A stretch of DNA of 64,000 nucleotides from the human T2T-CHM13v2.0 reference genome, Homo sapiens (GCF_009914755.1 NC_060935.1); one strand, 5' to 3'; counted from the stretch's first letter, positions 18,845 to 32,559 are shown. The notes: generated from the letters alone by a model not told the origin. Numbers and translations: made by a program.

Positions 18845-20008
18845 TTACTATTCTAGTCTAAATCACTCTCCTAGATGACTTTAGCAGTATTCCTACTGAC
18901 TAATCCTACACCATTCCTCTCCCTTCACTATCCTGTCCCCACAGAACAGCCAGAATGGTTTTTGAAAAGTCAATCAGATCACTATCATTCCCTCGATTAA
19001 CTCCCTCTAGCATTTCCTATTCCACTTCCTAAGTGGATTTATGAAATAAATCCAAATTCTTTTTTTTTTAAGATTATAATTTTTATGCTCCCTTTTTACC
19101 CTCCCATTCTTCCCATGCTCCCCAGTTTGTTTCTGTTTCATGGCATTTGCTGTCTGTCATTGTTCCTTCTGCTTGAAACTCCCTTTCCTTCAACTGACAT
19201 ATACCTGTCTCCTAGTTATTCAAGTCTTAGGTGCAACAGTTTCTGAAGTAAAGGGGCAGAGGGACCTTCTATCCATGACTGTGTCACCTCATTTAATGGC
19301 ACCATCACTCTCGATTCATAATGCTCTGTGTTATAGGTTGAAATGTGTGCCCTCAAAAAGATGTATTAAAGCCTTAAGTCCCAGGGCCTCCAAATTTAGC
19401 CTTACTGTAATAGAATTTTTATAGAAGTAATCAGGTTAAAATTTGGTTATTAGGGTAGGCTGTAATCAAAAATGACTGATCTCCTTACAACAAGTGGAAA
19501 TATGTACACAAAGACAGACATGCACAGAGGAAGATCAAGTGAAGACAAGTAAAGAGACGGCAGTCATGAGACTGAAGCAGTACATCTACAAGCCAAGATA
19601 ATTGGCCAAGGACTGCCATCAAATGCCAGAAGCTAGAAGAAAACAAGGAAGAATTCTTCACTAGAGTGGTCAGAGAGTACACGGCTCTGATGGCACCTTG
19701 ACTTTGAATTTGTACCCTCCAGAACTGTGAGGCAATACATTTTTGTTGTTTAAACTCACCTAGTTTGTGGCACTTGGCAATGACAGCCCTAAGAAATTAA
19801 TGCTATGTTTTCATTTTTGTTGCAGCACTTGTCACAGCTGCAACCACTTCTTTGGTTTACTGCTATAGATCACTTTCCACACTAGAATGCAAACTCCCCA
19901 AGAGGCAAAGACCTGCATGTCTGGTTGTATGCCATGTGACCTGGATTTGGGAGAATGCTAGACAGAGAAATTGATGCTCAAAATATATACAATAAATGAA
20001 TGAATGAT
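18845..20008 (+). mobile_element. L2 3' region, split by MLT1C
   Basis: cacagaacagccagaatggtttttgaaa...; 3' end actagaatgcaaactccc...ataaatgaatgaatga. Confidence 0.7.
19328..19803 (+). mobile_element. MLT1C-like LTR
   Basis: tgttataggttgaaatgtgtgccctcaaaaaga...ccagaagctagaaga...ctccagaactgtgag...acagccctaagaaattaat. Confidence 0.88.
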
Positions 20009-20454
20009 AGAATTGAATGGGAGCATTCATGAAGCTTAAAAGATAATGAACACAAATACCTCCAACTATTGCCCTTTGTTTTGTTGGTTTACTTCATTGC
20101 TTGTACTTGTCTATGCATCCTTTAAGCCCAATCCTTCTGAAGAGTACAATTCAATCTGAGACTACCTATAAAGGTCTATACATTATTATGGAAACAAAAT
20201 CTCAGTGGATCTTACTTAGTGCCTAGATGATCATACCTGTAAAACGTCAGTGCCATCCCCTAGGAAGAAGGGGGAAGCAAAGGATTCTTTGAATAAGAAA
20301 CAGTAAAAATAGTACATAGTTTCTGTCTCTGGCTCTATACAGGTGTCATGATTTGAGTCAGTTATAGATGATGAGAAACTTGATTGCAGGTATTTCTAAA
20401 CCAAGGTATTCAATGAATACTTATGTTGGTAAACTGTGTTACCTCTAAGTTGGG

Positions 20455-20725
20455 AAGCAACAAGGTATTGTAGTTAAAAAAGTATAGGTTCTGGAGGCAG
20501 AGACCCCTAAAGTTCAGGCCCGTTTAACTTACCAATGTGCAAACTTGAACCAACCTTGTATAAGTTACCTTCTTTTCTAAGCTCCAGCTTTTTCAAAAGC
20601 CCCACCTAATTGAGGAACAACGGTATACACACTAAAATGTTGATGAGAAAATTAAGAGATAATGCATGCATGGTGTTAGCACGCTGCATGAACCACATTA
20701 AAAATGAAATACATGCTAGATAATA
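20455..20725 (+). mobile_element. MIR
   Basis: gtagttaaaa...ggttctggaggcagagacc...gagaaaattaagagataatgcatg. Confidence 0.7.
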
Positions 20726-21289
20726 TCGTATTTATTATTGGAAGAGTCTGCTGGTCACAGAATTGATGGACAAGACTGATGCCTTGTGTTATGCGAAGAA
20801 TACACATCTCAAATCAATTATTTGACTCACACACAAAGTAAACCTATTTTTACTTCTGCTGGCCTTGACCACTGAACTAGTCTTCACTGATTTAAATTAA
20901 ATTGAAGATCAGGAGTAACTTTAACAAGTAGAAGCCAAATCCCCACAGCTGTTATCAATCCCTATATAACTGATTAGAATCCTAAAGGAACATAAGAGAT
21001 TCCTTCTTAAAATTATCACTCAAGACTGTTAGAAGGCTATGAACATCTACCATTGATCATGACTCTAAAGGCAGTATTGTCTCAGTACCGTGTGCGCACC
21101 TGTGCATATGTGTGCGTTATTATTTTTCTGCATCGAACCATATTTCTGAAGTAGCCATAGAAACAGTCCCATTTGTGCTTTTATGTTTGTTTGGTTTTTT
21201 AACATTTGTTTCCTACACTATAACCATAGCAGCAGTGTGGAGTTTGACCACAAGACAATACAGTTCATGAAGACAAAGAAAAAAGTGCA

Positions 21290-21510
21290 ATAGTAGTAAC
21301 AATAACCAATGGATTTTTTATTGCATTATGGTTGATACAGTATTTTCCTACTAATTATTTCACTTGCTTCTCCCAGGGGACAGGTCAAATAGTTATAAGT
21401 AATATTTCTATTTTGAAGTGGAGGGAACTGCGGTCACATGCTTTGATTAAAGTCACAGAGCTATTCTGTGATAGAAATGGTGCTAAACCCACAAATTTCA
21501 ACTACAAATC
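21290..21510 (-). mobile_element. MIR
   Basis: ctattttgaagtggagggaactg...aaagtcacagagcta. Confidence 0.55.
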
Positions 21511-22862
21511 TCCTTTCCTTCCATTATAACTTGCAGCAGTAATTATGTAAAAAGCGAGAAACAGATTGATGATCTAGAATATAGTTAGAAAGAGAGACTA
21601 CATGAATACATCTAGCTCTACCATTACCATGTAAGATAATATCAGCTTATCAGCTTTCAAAACATTGCATCTTGTCTATGTTGAGTACTAACATCACGAA
21701 GCAGTGGTTGCATAATAGATTTGATTGTGTTAACCTTACCTGATGCTGTTGGCTCATAAAAGAAAGGACTTAATGTCACTGACTAAATTCATCACTAAAA
21801 GAGAATTCACAAAGTTGTATAGATAACCTAAATAATTTCAAAATTTGTAGCAAAACTGGTAAAAATGCGTGAGCATTTGCTTTGCTGCCTTAACTCAACA
21901 TCCAGGCTTCCCAGTGAACAAGGAAAACCAGACCGGCTTGTCTCTGGGAAATCCTCCGCTTAGTCAACAGCTGAATTCTTCTACTCAAACAAAACACTGC
22001 CCATATCCAGAGTGACAGCCCACAAAGAGAAAAAATTCAAGATCAGAACCTCATCTTTCAAAGAATGCTGGAGACTGTCTCATCAAGGCAGACTCAGACT
22101 TGAAACCAACCTCTTCCTCTGCAGAGTGATGGCAGTTCCTCATGATCTGGACACAAAGATTTTGAGCCTTTAATGTAGCTTCAGACACACTATATGCAAA
22201 GGCTGGCTTGTCCTTGATGAGTACCAGGAAATTAAATAATTCCAAAGCACCACAGCCTCCCTTAAAGCCTCCAGAACACAAGAATTCTTCCCTATTGATC
22301 CACAGTCTGCAGCATTTCAGCCCTTGATTATATACCGTCTTCTGCTCTCCAATGGTTTGACATGTTCCCATCTTGTTTCCTGAACATATTCCTAAGTCAT
22401 TTAATTCTTTTTTTTAACTTCCTTAACACTTCACCCTGCCACCACTATAAACGGGATTTCAGCTACTGTGTCCCATGCCCTGAACTAAATTCTGGAGCTA
22501 TATAGAGGCTGAGTAAGAAGCCTTGCCTTTCAGAGTCTCCCAAGTTCATAATGGAGATACTCCCATTTATAGCTCACATCAAGATGATACAAGAGCTATT
22601 CCAGCAATATAAATATATTATTTAGAGAGTTTAGGGAGAATGAGATGGCATAATAATTGATATAATATTCTCTGGTGGAGGAGGATGGGGGTGATACAAG
22701 GTTATTTCAGTAAGGAGAATATGACCAAATTCACCTAGTTTCAAAGAGGTTTGGCATGTTTTGAGTATGTCAAGTGGTATAATAAGACCGCGCATAAAGA
22801 ATGAAGATAGAACGCGGCATTATGTGGCAAAGGGACCTGAATACTTTTGCATTGTCCTTCTT

Positions 22863-22990
22863 GCTATAATGTAAGCTTATTGAGTGCAGGGATGATGTGT
22901 TTTGTTCACTGTTTATTCTCAGCATCAAGAACAGTGTCTGTCACATGGTGGCAATTAAGTAAACATTTAAAAAATAACGAAATGAATGAG
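22863..22990 (+). mobile_element. L2 3' end
   Basis: aatgtaagcttattgagtgcaggga...gtgttttgttcactg...agaacagtgtctgtcacat...aatgaatga. Confidence 0.75.
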
Positions 22991-23091
22991 ATTAAGAGAT
23001 AAAGGGAGCCATGCATGATATTAAAGCAAGGGATAAAATAATTAGATTGGTGTTTTAAAAGACAACTTTATGGATTCTTTTTTTTCCACTC

Positions 23092-23392
23092 TTTTTTTTT
23101 TTTTTTTAAGAGACAGGGTCTCACTCTGTTGCCCAGGCATCAGTGCAGTTGGTACAAACATAGCTCGTTGCAGACTTGAAGTCCTTGCCTCAAGCAATCC
23201 TCCAGCCTCAGCCTCTTCAGTAGCTGGTACTGCAGGTGCACATGACCACACTCAGCTAATTATTTTACTTTTTGTAGAAATTGGATTTTGTTATATTGCC
23301 CAGGCTGGTCTTGAACTTCTGGCCTCAAGTGATCCTCCTGTCTCAGCCTCCCAAATTGCTGAGATTATAGGTGTGAGCCAATACACCTGGTC
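23092..23392 (-). mobile_element. AluJ
   Basis: poly-T, agagacagggtctcactctg...caagcaatcctcc...ggcctcaagtgatcctcc. Confidence 0.93.
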
Positions 23393-23482
23393 CTCTTCCA
23401 CTTTTAAAATTGCTCTTTTTATAACTTATAATTTATTATTTAATGTAAATCTCCCAGTTTCTACTTTTGTTCTGCCAGAGTC

Positions 23483-23806
23483 TTTTTTTTTTTTTTTTTT
23501 TTTTTGAGATGGAGTCTCGCTCTGTCGCCCAGGCTGGAGTGCAGTGGTGTGATCTCTGCAAGCTCCGCCTCCCAGGTTCACACCATTCTCCTGCCTCAGC
23601 CTCCCAACACCATTCTCCTGCCTCAGCCTCCCAAGTAGCGGGGACTACAGGCGCCCGCCACCATGTCCAGCTAATTTTTTGTTTCTTTAGAGGAGACGGG
23701 GTTTCATTGTGTTAGCCAGGATGGTCTTGATCTCCTGACTTCGTAATCTGCCCACCTCGGCCTCCCAAAGTGCTGGGATTACAGGCATGAGCCACCGTGC
23801 CCGGGC
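23483..23806 (-). mobile_element. AluY with 27-bp internal tandem duplication
   Basis: gcaagctccgcc, ccattctcc, gttagccaggatggtc diagnostics; TSD tgccagagtc(tttt) at 23473 and 23807. Confidence 0.96.
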
Positions 23807-23829
23807 TGCCAGAGTCTTTTTTCAACAAA

Positions 23830-24480
23830 ATGATGAGGATACTTACTAGAAATATAATTTAAATCACAACCATCTCTGGTCAAAACCCACCACTTACTTA
23901 AGGTAAAAGCATGAATACATCTAGCTGTACCATTCTAGTCCTTCTCATGGCCTGAAGAGCTTATATCATTGCCCATTATCTCTAGGTCTCCTACCTTCTT
24001 TATCTTTAGCTCCGACTTCTCTCCCTCACTATATACCTTCCAGTCACACTGTACTCCTTGGCATTCCATGAATGAACCAGGCATGCTCCCACCTATTCTC
24101 TTTGCTTGGAAGCATCTTCCCCCAGATAGCTATAGGGCTCACAGTCTCGTCTCTTTCTGACCTTTGCTCAAATGTCACTTTCCCATAAAACCTTCCCTGA
24201 GCAATTCGTTCAAAATTTTATACTTTATCTTTCTCCATTGCCATTTTTCTCTTATGCAGTTCCATTTTTCCGTTGTTGTTATTATACAGCACTTGTCTCA
24301 TTGAACCATATTTTATAATTTCCTTGCATTTTCTGGTTATTGCTTCTTTTCTATTTTCCCTCACTTAACAAGAACAGATCTTTGTCTGTATTTTTTCCCC
24401 ACTGATGTACCCCGAGTGTTTATGGCTAGAATTGAGCCTGGCACATAGTAGTTGCTTTATAGATGATTGCTAAATTGCAT
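23830..24480 (+). mobile_element. L2a 3' region
   Basis: ccagtcacactgtactcc...gcttggaagcatcttccccca...tgctcaaatgtcac...gagcctggcacatagtag. Confidence 0.8.
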
Positions 24481-25121
24481 TGAGTGGCATCAATTTTCAT
24501 AAAGACTTTGGTTTTGACTAACATCAAACAGTAGGAGGTGCATATGGCTTGCTTAGCATGCAAAGTAGTTGTTAGAAATGAATGCTATAATCAATGCACA
24601 GATCCTGACAAGAGTATAGGGCTCTATCAGCTTTTATGTTAGTATTTTATTACTGATGTCAATAGCATGAGTCAAATAGGCCGCCACGACATCTTATTGC
24701 CATCTGGAGGCTGTACTACCCGATGGCAAGAAGGGAACAAAGAGAAATAAAGCGAGCTTCCAAAGAGTCTGGAAAGGCATATCCGTTCACTTGGTAAACA
24801 TATTTGAGCAAATAGATAGGTCATGGCAATTCTGCCTACCTAAACTGGGTATTTATAGAAGGTAAATGAACGAGCAGTTCTGAAGTGATGAGCAGAAGTG
24901 AAGAGGCAACAGGGAGGCAGCCTAAAAGAAAGACTAGAAACAAACAACTGTATACAACCCCAGTTAATGTAGTGAAACTGCAGCTGCTGGGATCCAGCAG
25001 GAGCAGACCTATCCATTTGCTGCTTAAGCTTAGGGTAAGCTAGAAAGTTAGGGAATACATCTGGGATTAATTATTTCATTCTTAAACTGCTTTATGGCCT
25101 TCTGAAATATCAAAATGTCCC

Positions 25122-25935
25122 ATGTGTTTTACATTTGTCCCCCTATATCCACTCTCTCCCTTCTCCACCCTGTTAAGACAAGGGCTTGTACTACAAAATC
25201 AATGGGTTCCTTTGCTCTCTAGATATAGATCAGCTTCATCCCATGGCAGACACTGGCAGGAGACTAGAGGGAGGGAGATGTGGACAGGCAGGCCGTATAT
25301 TCCTCTGGTTTCCTCGCTGTGGGGTTGGTTGGGCTCTCTCTGATCTTCAAAGAAATATCATTGCTCTTAAAGTGACCTTCTCTGTGTTACTCTCTCCTGG
25401 CTACCAGTAGCCTTTCCCTTCCTCTGTCTCTTCAGGCCTAGGACTAGTGATAGCTAGCTCTTCTCTTCCTAGCCCCAGGTTACTTACTGTTTTGACTCTT
25501 GTGGTTCACCAAACCACTCACACTTGAAAAGCTATCCCTTATTTTTTTTTCTTAACTTTCTTTCTTTTTTTTTTTTAGATACGGTCTTGCTCAGTTGTAC
25601 AGGCTGGATTGCAGTGGGGCAATCTCGGTTCACTGCAACCTTGACCTCCTGGGCTCCAGGGACCTTCTTGCCTCGTCCTCCCAAGTAGCTAGAACTGCGG
25701 GTGTGTGCCACCATGATTGGATTTTTTTTAAAACTATTCTAGAGACAGGGTCTCTCTATGGTGCCTAGACTGATCTCAAACTCCTGAGCTCAAGGATCCT
25801 CCCATCTCAACTTCTCAAATTGCTGGGATTATAGGTGCAAGCCACCACACCCAGCTGGTCATCCCTTTCTTAAACCTTATTTAAATTATACTAATTTGTG
25901 TGTGCTAGATGTTAAGTTTCTTGTTGAGTCCTCAC
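25122..25935 (-). mobile_element. LTR33-like (ERVL) LTR split by AluJ
   Basis: atccactctctcccttctccaccctg...caatgggttcctttgctctct...ggcaggagactagagggaggg...caggcctaggactagtgatagc. Confidence 0.75.
25542..25856 (-). mobile_element. AluJ
   Basis: Diverged dimer; short TSD atccctt on both sides. Confidence 0.9.
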
Positions 25936-25949
25936 TGAAACACAGAAAT

Positions 25950-26250
25950 TCTTTGAGGCTTAGTTTTCACATCAGGAAAGTAAAAATAATAATGTCCACC
26001 ACCGGAGGCCACAGCGACCATTAAATTGAACATCTCTTGTGCAAAGTAGCTGACCTAGAAGAAAGCATTCAAACAATGAGTTTCTTGGCCTCCTTTGCTT
26101 ATAACATCACAGTGCACAGTAAGCACCTGCTTACTTTGTCTTCTTCTCCCCGGAGACTGAGTGCTTCTCAAGGGCAGGGCCATAGGCACAGAGATCAGGA
26201 CCCCCGCATCCAGCACGTGCCTTGGAAATGTCAGTTAAATGATCACTGAG
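25950..26250 (+). mobile_element. MIR fragment followed by L2 3' end
   Basis: cttagttttcacatcaggaaagt...; gactgagtgcttctcaagggcaggg...cccagcacgtgcc. Confidence 0.55.
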
Positions 26251-27720
26251 AGAATAAGAGGCACCAGCAGCGGAGAAAAGACAGGACTCCAAAACCAGAC
26301 ATCATTGGGTAAAACTAAAACATACAACCTCATAATTTGAAGATGAACATGTCATAATTAGATATAGGAGCTGAATGGAAAAGACTACTTTGGTCTTTTT
26401 AGTCGCATCTGGTTAGTAACAATGTTGAGAATCTGTCTCCTTTCTGTCTCTCCCCATGTACGTGTGTGTGTGTCCAAACATATGTGATAGATAGGTAGAA
26501 AAATGAATAGATAGATGTATCACACTTTCTCTGTCAGTTGTTATTTGACACATTTTCCTCAGGAATGACACCTTGGAAATGAACTGTAACTAAATAAATA
26601 GATAATTACACCAATACCTTGTCAATTACCTAAAATCTGAAATAAAACTACTACAGAAGTAATTAGATTAAAGTAAAAAGATCATTTGCATTTTAAAACT
26701 CAATATTTAAAACCAGGCTTTTTATTTATGGTCCAAATAACATAATTATCAAATCAGCTAAGAAATCATTTCTTAAAGAATGTTTTTACAACTAGAACTC
26801 ATGTATCGTAACACAAAGCTATTCACATCTGCACATATGTGAAAAAGGAAAGAAAGCTTTTTAATTTGAAAATAAGATGATGAATAATTTACTATGGTGA
26901 TGAGTTCAGCAATTTATACCTTTAGTTTAGAAGCAGACATGCATATTTTGCAAAACCCCTCCTACCCTATCCTCTTCCTCTTGAGATCCCCTGGTCTGTA
27001 GTAAGAAGGGGCAGACGTTGAGTGGGAGGGATCCTGGCAGCATTACCAGAAGTATGTTCTACGTGACATGAACCAAATCAATAGCACTGAGGGACTACAT
27101 AAAAGAGCACATTTCTGGGATGATTTTTTTGTTGGAATATGGCTAGCCCCCAATTTTATCACATCTCTCTGTTGGTTTCCTCTTTACTCTTACTTAGAAC
27201 AGCTCTTCTTTTGTGTCTGTTACTGCACCTTTGCTTCCCAACAAGTGGACACTTGGCAGCAGTGGTTTTTCCTACAGAATTTCCTGAGTGTAAGGAGATG
27301 TTTGCATGCATGTGTGTGTGCATGTGTGTATGCATTCGCTATAGCATATAAGTAAATAGTCATGTACACCTTTGGAGAAAATGATATGCTATATTTTTTG
27401 TTTTGTATTTATCATAAAGTCCCCACAGGCTTTAATTTTATAGCTTTAACAGCTGAAGAGTTGAACTGGATCAGAGATAGGCAGCATTTTTCTCTGATAA
27501 TCACCACAAACAGCATAGAAAGTCCAGTGATGGCATCTAATAGAGACAGTAGTCTTGTTCTGTCACCAAGGTAGGCACAATCTGGAAGGTAATACCCTTT
27601 GAGTAATAGTTTAAGATGTTTTGTCGTAATGGTCAGCCTGCAAAACATTCTCTCTGTGCCTCAAACTAAGATGCTTCATTCCCATCACCACAATTCTCTC
27701 CAGGAAGGATGAAAATAAGA

Positions 27721-27797
27721 TCTTTCTTCCCTTCCTCCCTCCCATCCTCCTTCCTCCATCTCTCCATGTCTCCCTCCTTTCTCTTCTTCCTCTCCCA
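27721..27797. repeat. Polypyrimidine (CT-rich) tract
   Basis: tctttcttcccttcctccctcccatcctccttcctcc...ctcttcttcctctccc. Confidence 0.8.
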
Positions 27798-28694
27798 TTT
27801 GAGTACCATGCATAACACCACATATATTTGTTACAAGAAAGAAGATGTGGGAACAAATAAAGAAAGGGAAGAAAAAAAGAGACTGAGGTTTTTTTCCTCC
27901 TTTGTCTCCAGTGAGTATGAAGTTAAAACTGTATTTTACATACACTTCACTCAAAGATAAGGCATACTGCAAATAATTCTGTGATTTAGCCTTTTCTGGA
28001 CTCACCTCTACCCCTCAGGCACATGGGGTACACTACAAATTAGGAAAACAAGGTCAGTGTAGCATTCACATTCAATATAGGCAATGTGCTCTGTGATGGA
28101 CTTTTCATATAGATGGCAATCATGAAAGTCCTAGAGAGCTATGTAAAACAGGACTTGCTATTTTGGTACACACTGTCTGAGAACTGAGCTAGTTCAGCTT
28201 CGTTTGACAGCAACAGAGCAAGATAATGTGGGTAATTGAATAGTTAGCAAATCCATTTCTGGTCCATTCTTACCCAACCATGAGGAGAGAGCTTAATAGG
28301 GAGTTAGATGAGAAAGCCAGGGTGGCACTTAAATGAACAATAGAAAAGAGAGACAAGGGAAATGAAGCTTTGCCCATCAGGGCCAGAGCTGGTCACCCAA
28401 GCACAGCTCACCCCGGGACTCAGAGTCTGCTCTTCCCTTTGGGTGGCCTCCTATGGCCAATCCCCTTCCCTCTCACATCTCCAAGTGGTGGACACAAAAT
28501 GAGAGTGATTCAAATATTTATTAATGTGAGGAAATGTAATTATCAGGAAATTTCATTCCTTGATGCTCTCCCTCTCTCTCTTATTAAGAAAGCTAACTGA
28601 TTCAGAATGAGGTAAACCCAAATGTTCAAATGTATTTCTGCCTATTAATTTGAAAGCACTTAAAATATACTTTGTAAAGTAATAAGTAAAAAGT

Positions 28695-28815
28695 ATTAAT
28701 AACAACAATAATAATTAAAGTTTATTAAACACTTTCTGCTAAGCACATTACATGCCCAGTCTTATTTAATTTTATCCTTATAACACTATTATGAGATGTG
28801 TATTACATCCACCTT
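28695..28815 (-). mobile_element. MIR fragment
   Basis: tttattaaacactttctgctaagcacattacatg...cttataacactattatgagatgtgtattac. Confidence 0.6.
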
Positions 28816-29379
28816 CCCTCACTGTGTCTTTCTCTCCTCCCCACTGCCTCAACCATCCTGGCCTAAACTCCCAGATATAAACCTCACATACCACCCTTGC
28901 TTAGCACCAAAGGAAACAAACAAGTATAACTTCTGGATTCTTCAGGGTACACATAAACATAAAAAAAGAGTTACTGTATAAAATTTCTGCATCTCTTTAT
29001 TATCTCAGCATAAGGCTTAGTGCCTTACTTAATTATTTTATGAACTAAATGCCACAGAATAAGTAATTTTCCAAAAACTTCTTATTTTAGAATTGTATGC
29101 AGCTCCCAAAAAGTATAAAAATAATTCTAATTGCATGCTAAATGTTCAACGGCAATATTTAAAGAAAAAAGATACACAGCCACATTTACAATATGATACA
29201 GATACAGAAATGCACACATGAATACACACAAAAACCTACAAATACACAATTCTCACAATGAAAACATCCCAAATGTCAAATGCATGGAGCTCTAGGTTGA
29301 CAGGTAATTTGTTCATTTATGTGTTTTTCAGCTTTATCTGTCTTTGTATTTTCAGTTTCCTCCAATTGTATTTGTAGCA

Positions 29380-29605
29380 AACATATACTGAACTCTTATC
29401 ATGCATTATTTTAAGATCATTACACGTGTTAACTAATTTAGTTTTCATAATAACGGGAAGAGTTAAGTACTATTATCACTCTCATTTTATGGTTTAAAAA
29501 AATGGGGCATAGTGAGGTTAGGAAGCTTGCTAAGCTAGTAGATGGCACAGCAGATATGTGAATCCAGCTGGTTTGGCTTCATTACCTGAGCTATTAACCA
29601 CTACA
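29380..29605 (-). mobile_element. MIR
   Basis: tactattatcactctcattttat...agtgaggttaggaagcttgc...agctagtagatggcacag. Confidence 0.65.
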
Positions 29606-30652
29606 TATGCTACTGCCTATAAGAATGTAGCTTTATAATTACCAAAAAATAAAGAGATTTTTTAAAAAAATGTACCTTGCAAATTTGGTAACATCCAGGA
29701 AAATGTAAGAATGCACATACTGTAGTGAGGGAAGAATGAATTTAATCAAGGCATTTTTTTTTCTCTTTAAAAGTCATCCATTCATTCGATTGCAATGGCT
29801 ATCAGATAAGCTTCGGGCCACTGAAAGGCAAATTGGACATTAATTTCTTTCATTTGAGTGCTTTTTCCTTTGCAACTACCAATAATGAAATTACCACAGA
29901 GTCCCTGTTTGGGGGAAAAAATAACTCAAACGTTTGTTGTTGTTTTCTTTTTTCACATCTCTAGAAACAGACCAAATAGCTGAGCTTACAGATTGCAATG
30001 CTCTTCCTGTAACAGTCACCTCACAGAACCTGCTGCCAAAGAGGTGAGAAGACTAGAATCAATCATCAGGAGGCTGACCACTGTTCCGGTGTGTTCTTTC
30101 AAGACTTTCAGTTCTACATTGCAGTTTATGGACTGGAAAGTGGCTTCTATAACATGATCAAGCTAGGATAATGATCTCATTATAAAACCAATCGGAAACT
30201 CTGTGCAGCTTTTTTTGTTCATTGAAAAGGTTGAGCTAACAAGAGGAAAAAGAAACATGCTGTTTGAAGTGCTTGCATTTTGAAAACGTGAATCTCAGTA
30301 AAGGCCAACTTTACATGGTATACCTCCTCAGTCCTTACCCTCTGCCTTACTATCCCTAGCCTGGGGCTAGATCTTAGGCCTTGTGGTTATGCTAGAGGTT
30401 GGCTAGTACTCTAAAGGGAGGCTGAATTGAGGATATTAGCAGTACAAGTCAAGGTCCTTGAGAGGGGTCAAGAGTTGAGTGTCAGAGGGTCCTGAAAAAG
30501 ACAATAATATAAATCATTAACAGAAGACAGAGCTTAGAGTTAAGAATAGAACTGAAACTGAATCACAGCTAGAGCACATCAGTAAAAAGTAAGGAGAAGC
30601 AGCAGCAAAAATCAGATGTTAAGCTGGTTGCTTAGCTATGTTTGTGCTATTT

Positions 30653-30750
30653 GAGTGACGGTACATCTCAATTTCCCTGGGACAGTTCTGGTTTATGACT
30701 GTTGTCCACTCAAAGGTGTTCTGAATTGAAAGAGGAATTACATGGGCACA
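30653..30750 (+). mobile_element. MER94 (hAT-Blackjack)
   Basis: gtgacggtacatctcaatttccctgggacagttctggtttatgactgttgtcc...aattacatgggcac. Confidence 0.7.
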
Positions 30751-32134
30751 GCAGAAATTGCTGATATGTGTATGTAGAGTATTCAAATTGGCTCATGGGA
30801 TCAAGAGGGAAGCTGAAGCCCATGTTAGTGGAAATGACTGAGGGGATCTTTAGGAAGAATAATATTAAATATTGAGATTTCAAATAAGTCTCCTTCTAAT
30901 ACAGGGGGCCAGTAAAATCCTTACCACAAATTGTCTCTTTTGAGCGGATTAGAGGGATGAAAATAGAATAAAAAAGGGTTTGTGGTCAATATTTGGATTG
31001 ATAATAGAAGAAAACAAGGGAATAATCACAGAGAAACCAGGCAAGAATAAGGAAATACCAACAAGTTAGAAATATGGAGCCAGGAGACTTGTAGAAATGA
31101 AAACTTCACAAGCATCTGTGGCAGTCTTGGGGAGGTCATTGAATTTCTAACAGTACTCCGAGTGGCGAAGTCTATGAAATCAAATCTCAGTGTTAAGAAA
31201 GAAGTCAATCTCGGCTGCTGTCAGAATTTCACTAAAAAATCCACATGCGTCACTTACACCCATTTCTTCACTATCTCGAAAGAAGAGAGGTGAGAATGGC
31301 AGATAACTGCATCTCTGGAGGGAGGGAATGCAATCTCACACCCAAGAATCTTGAATTAGAATAAAGAGACTGTCCACCTTCTTTTTAAGAAAGAGTCAAT
31401 TATCCCCATTTTCCACCTCTTAGGACAGCTTGTGCTCACAGGCTGCCTCCTTTCTGCTGCGCTTCCTGCTACAAATCCCTATTTATCCCAGGAGAGATTG
31501 TTTCACACGATAACATTTAAATAAGGTGTGCAAAGTGAGTTTTAAACAAGTTTCATGACAGGTGTAAAACCTTACAAGGGAAACCATCAGTAAGAATCTG
31601 TTATCAGCTAACACCTTGGTTGACAGCCAGCTGAGTACAGCAATGGGACACAGTGTGAACACTTTTAGGAGGGGCAGAGTGATATGTTGAAATGGTTAAG
31701 CTAACTGCACTTAACTTTTGGGATGTTTCCATTTTACCTATTGTGTATATACATGTGCTTGTGTGTATTCATTTATAATAACTCTTCTTCAACATCACCC
31801 TTTTCTCAAGCAAGCATGGGCCACCTTGACCGTACCTACCCCAAAGACAGAATTACAGGGCTGAAAACCAGGATTTTCAGCCTCCAGGGCTTAATAGAAA
31901 TTGTAGGCAGCTGTCAACAAGCCTTGATTCAAGAGCCCAAGAAACTCCTCCATTACCACCCCACCCCCAACCACAACCTTTCCCATACAGGGACTGACGC
32001 TGCACCATTTGGCCCTTCCTAACATGCTACTATCTCTAGGAGGAGTTGCCACTTATAATTTAGTTAGGCATCTGAAAAGGTGTAATGAAGGAAATTTAGT
32101 GAGAAGCATGAGAAGCATGAGAATGGGAACTAAG

Positions 32135-32335
32135 CTTTGTCAAGCGCCTCCAAAGTGCCAGGCACTGTGCTAGAATTTTTAAATATTTTATATTAAAATA
32201 ATCATCAATATGTGGCCTATAGTTTCTATAATCCCCATTTTTCAGACAAAGAAAGAGCACGAGAGGGGTGAAGAAACTTGCTCAAGGTAACATAGTTATA
32301 AAGTAATGGAGATTAAGTTGGATACCTGAGGTCTT
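32135..32335 (-). mobile_element. MIR
   Basis: gtgccaggcactgtgctag...atccccatttttcagacaaagaaa...aacttgctcaaggtaacacag. Confidence 0.8.
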
Positions 32336-32559
32336 GCATGAGGATGGGAGGAGGAACAGCAGGAGAAGCACTGAGTCCCTGGACGTCTCAGAAAGATGCA
32401 ACGTCCAGGACCCTGGAATGTTCTTCCCCTGTCCCTCCCCCTTCCCGTGGTTGCTCATTGTCTTCTTTCAGTTCCTTATTGTCCTCACAGGAGCCTTCTC
32501 CATCCTCCCAATGCCAAGCAGTATCACTTTCCCCTGTTGTCTCCAATTACCATAGAATC

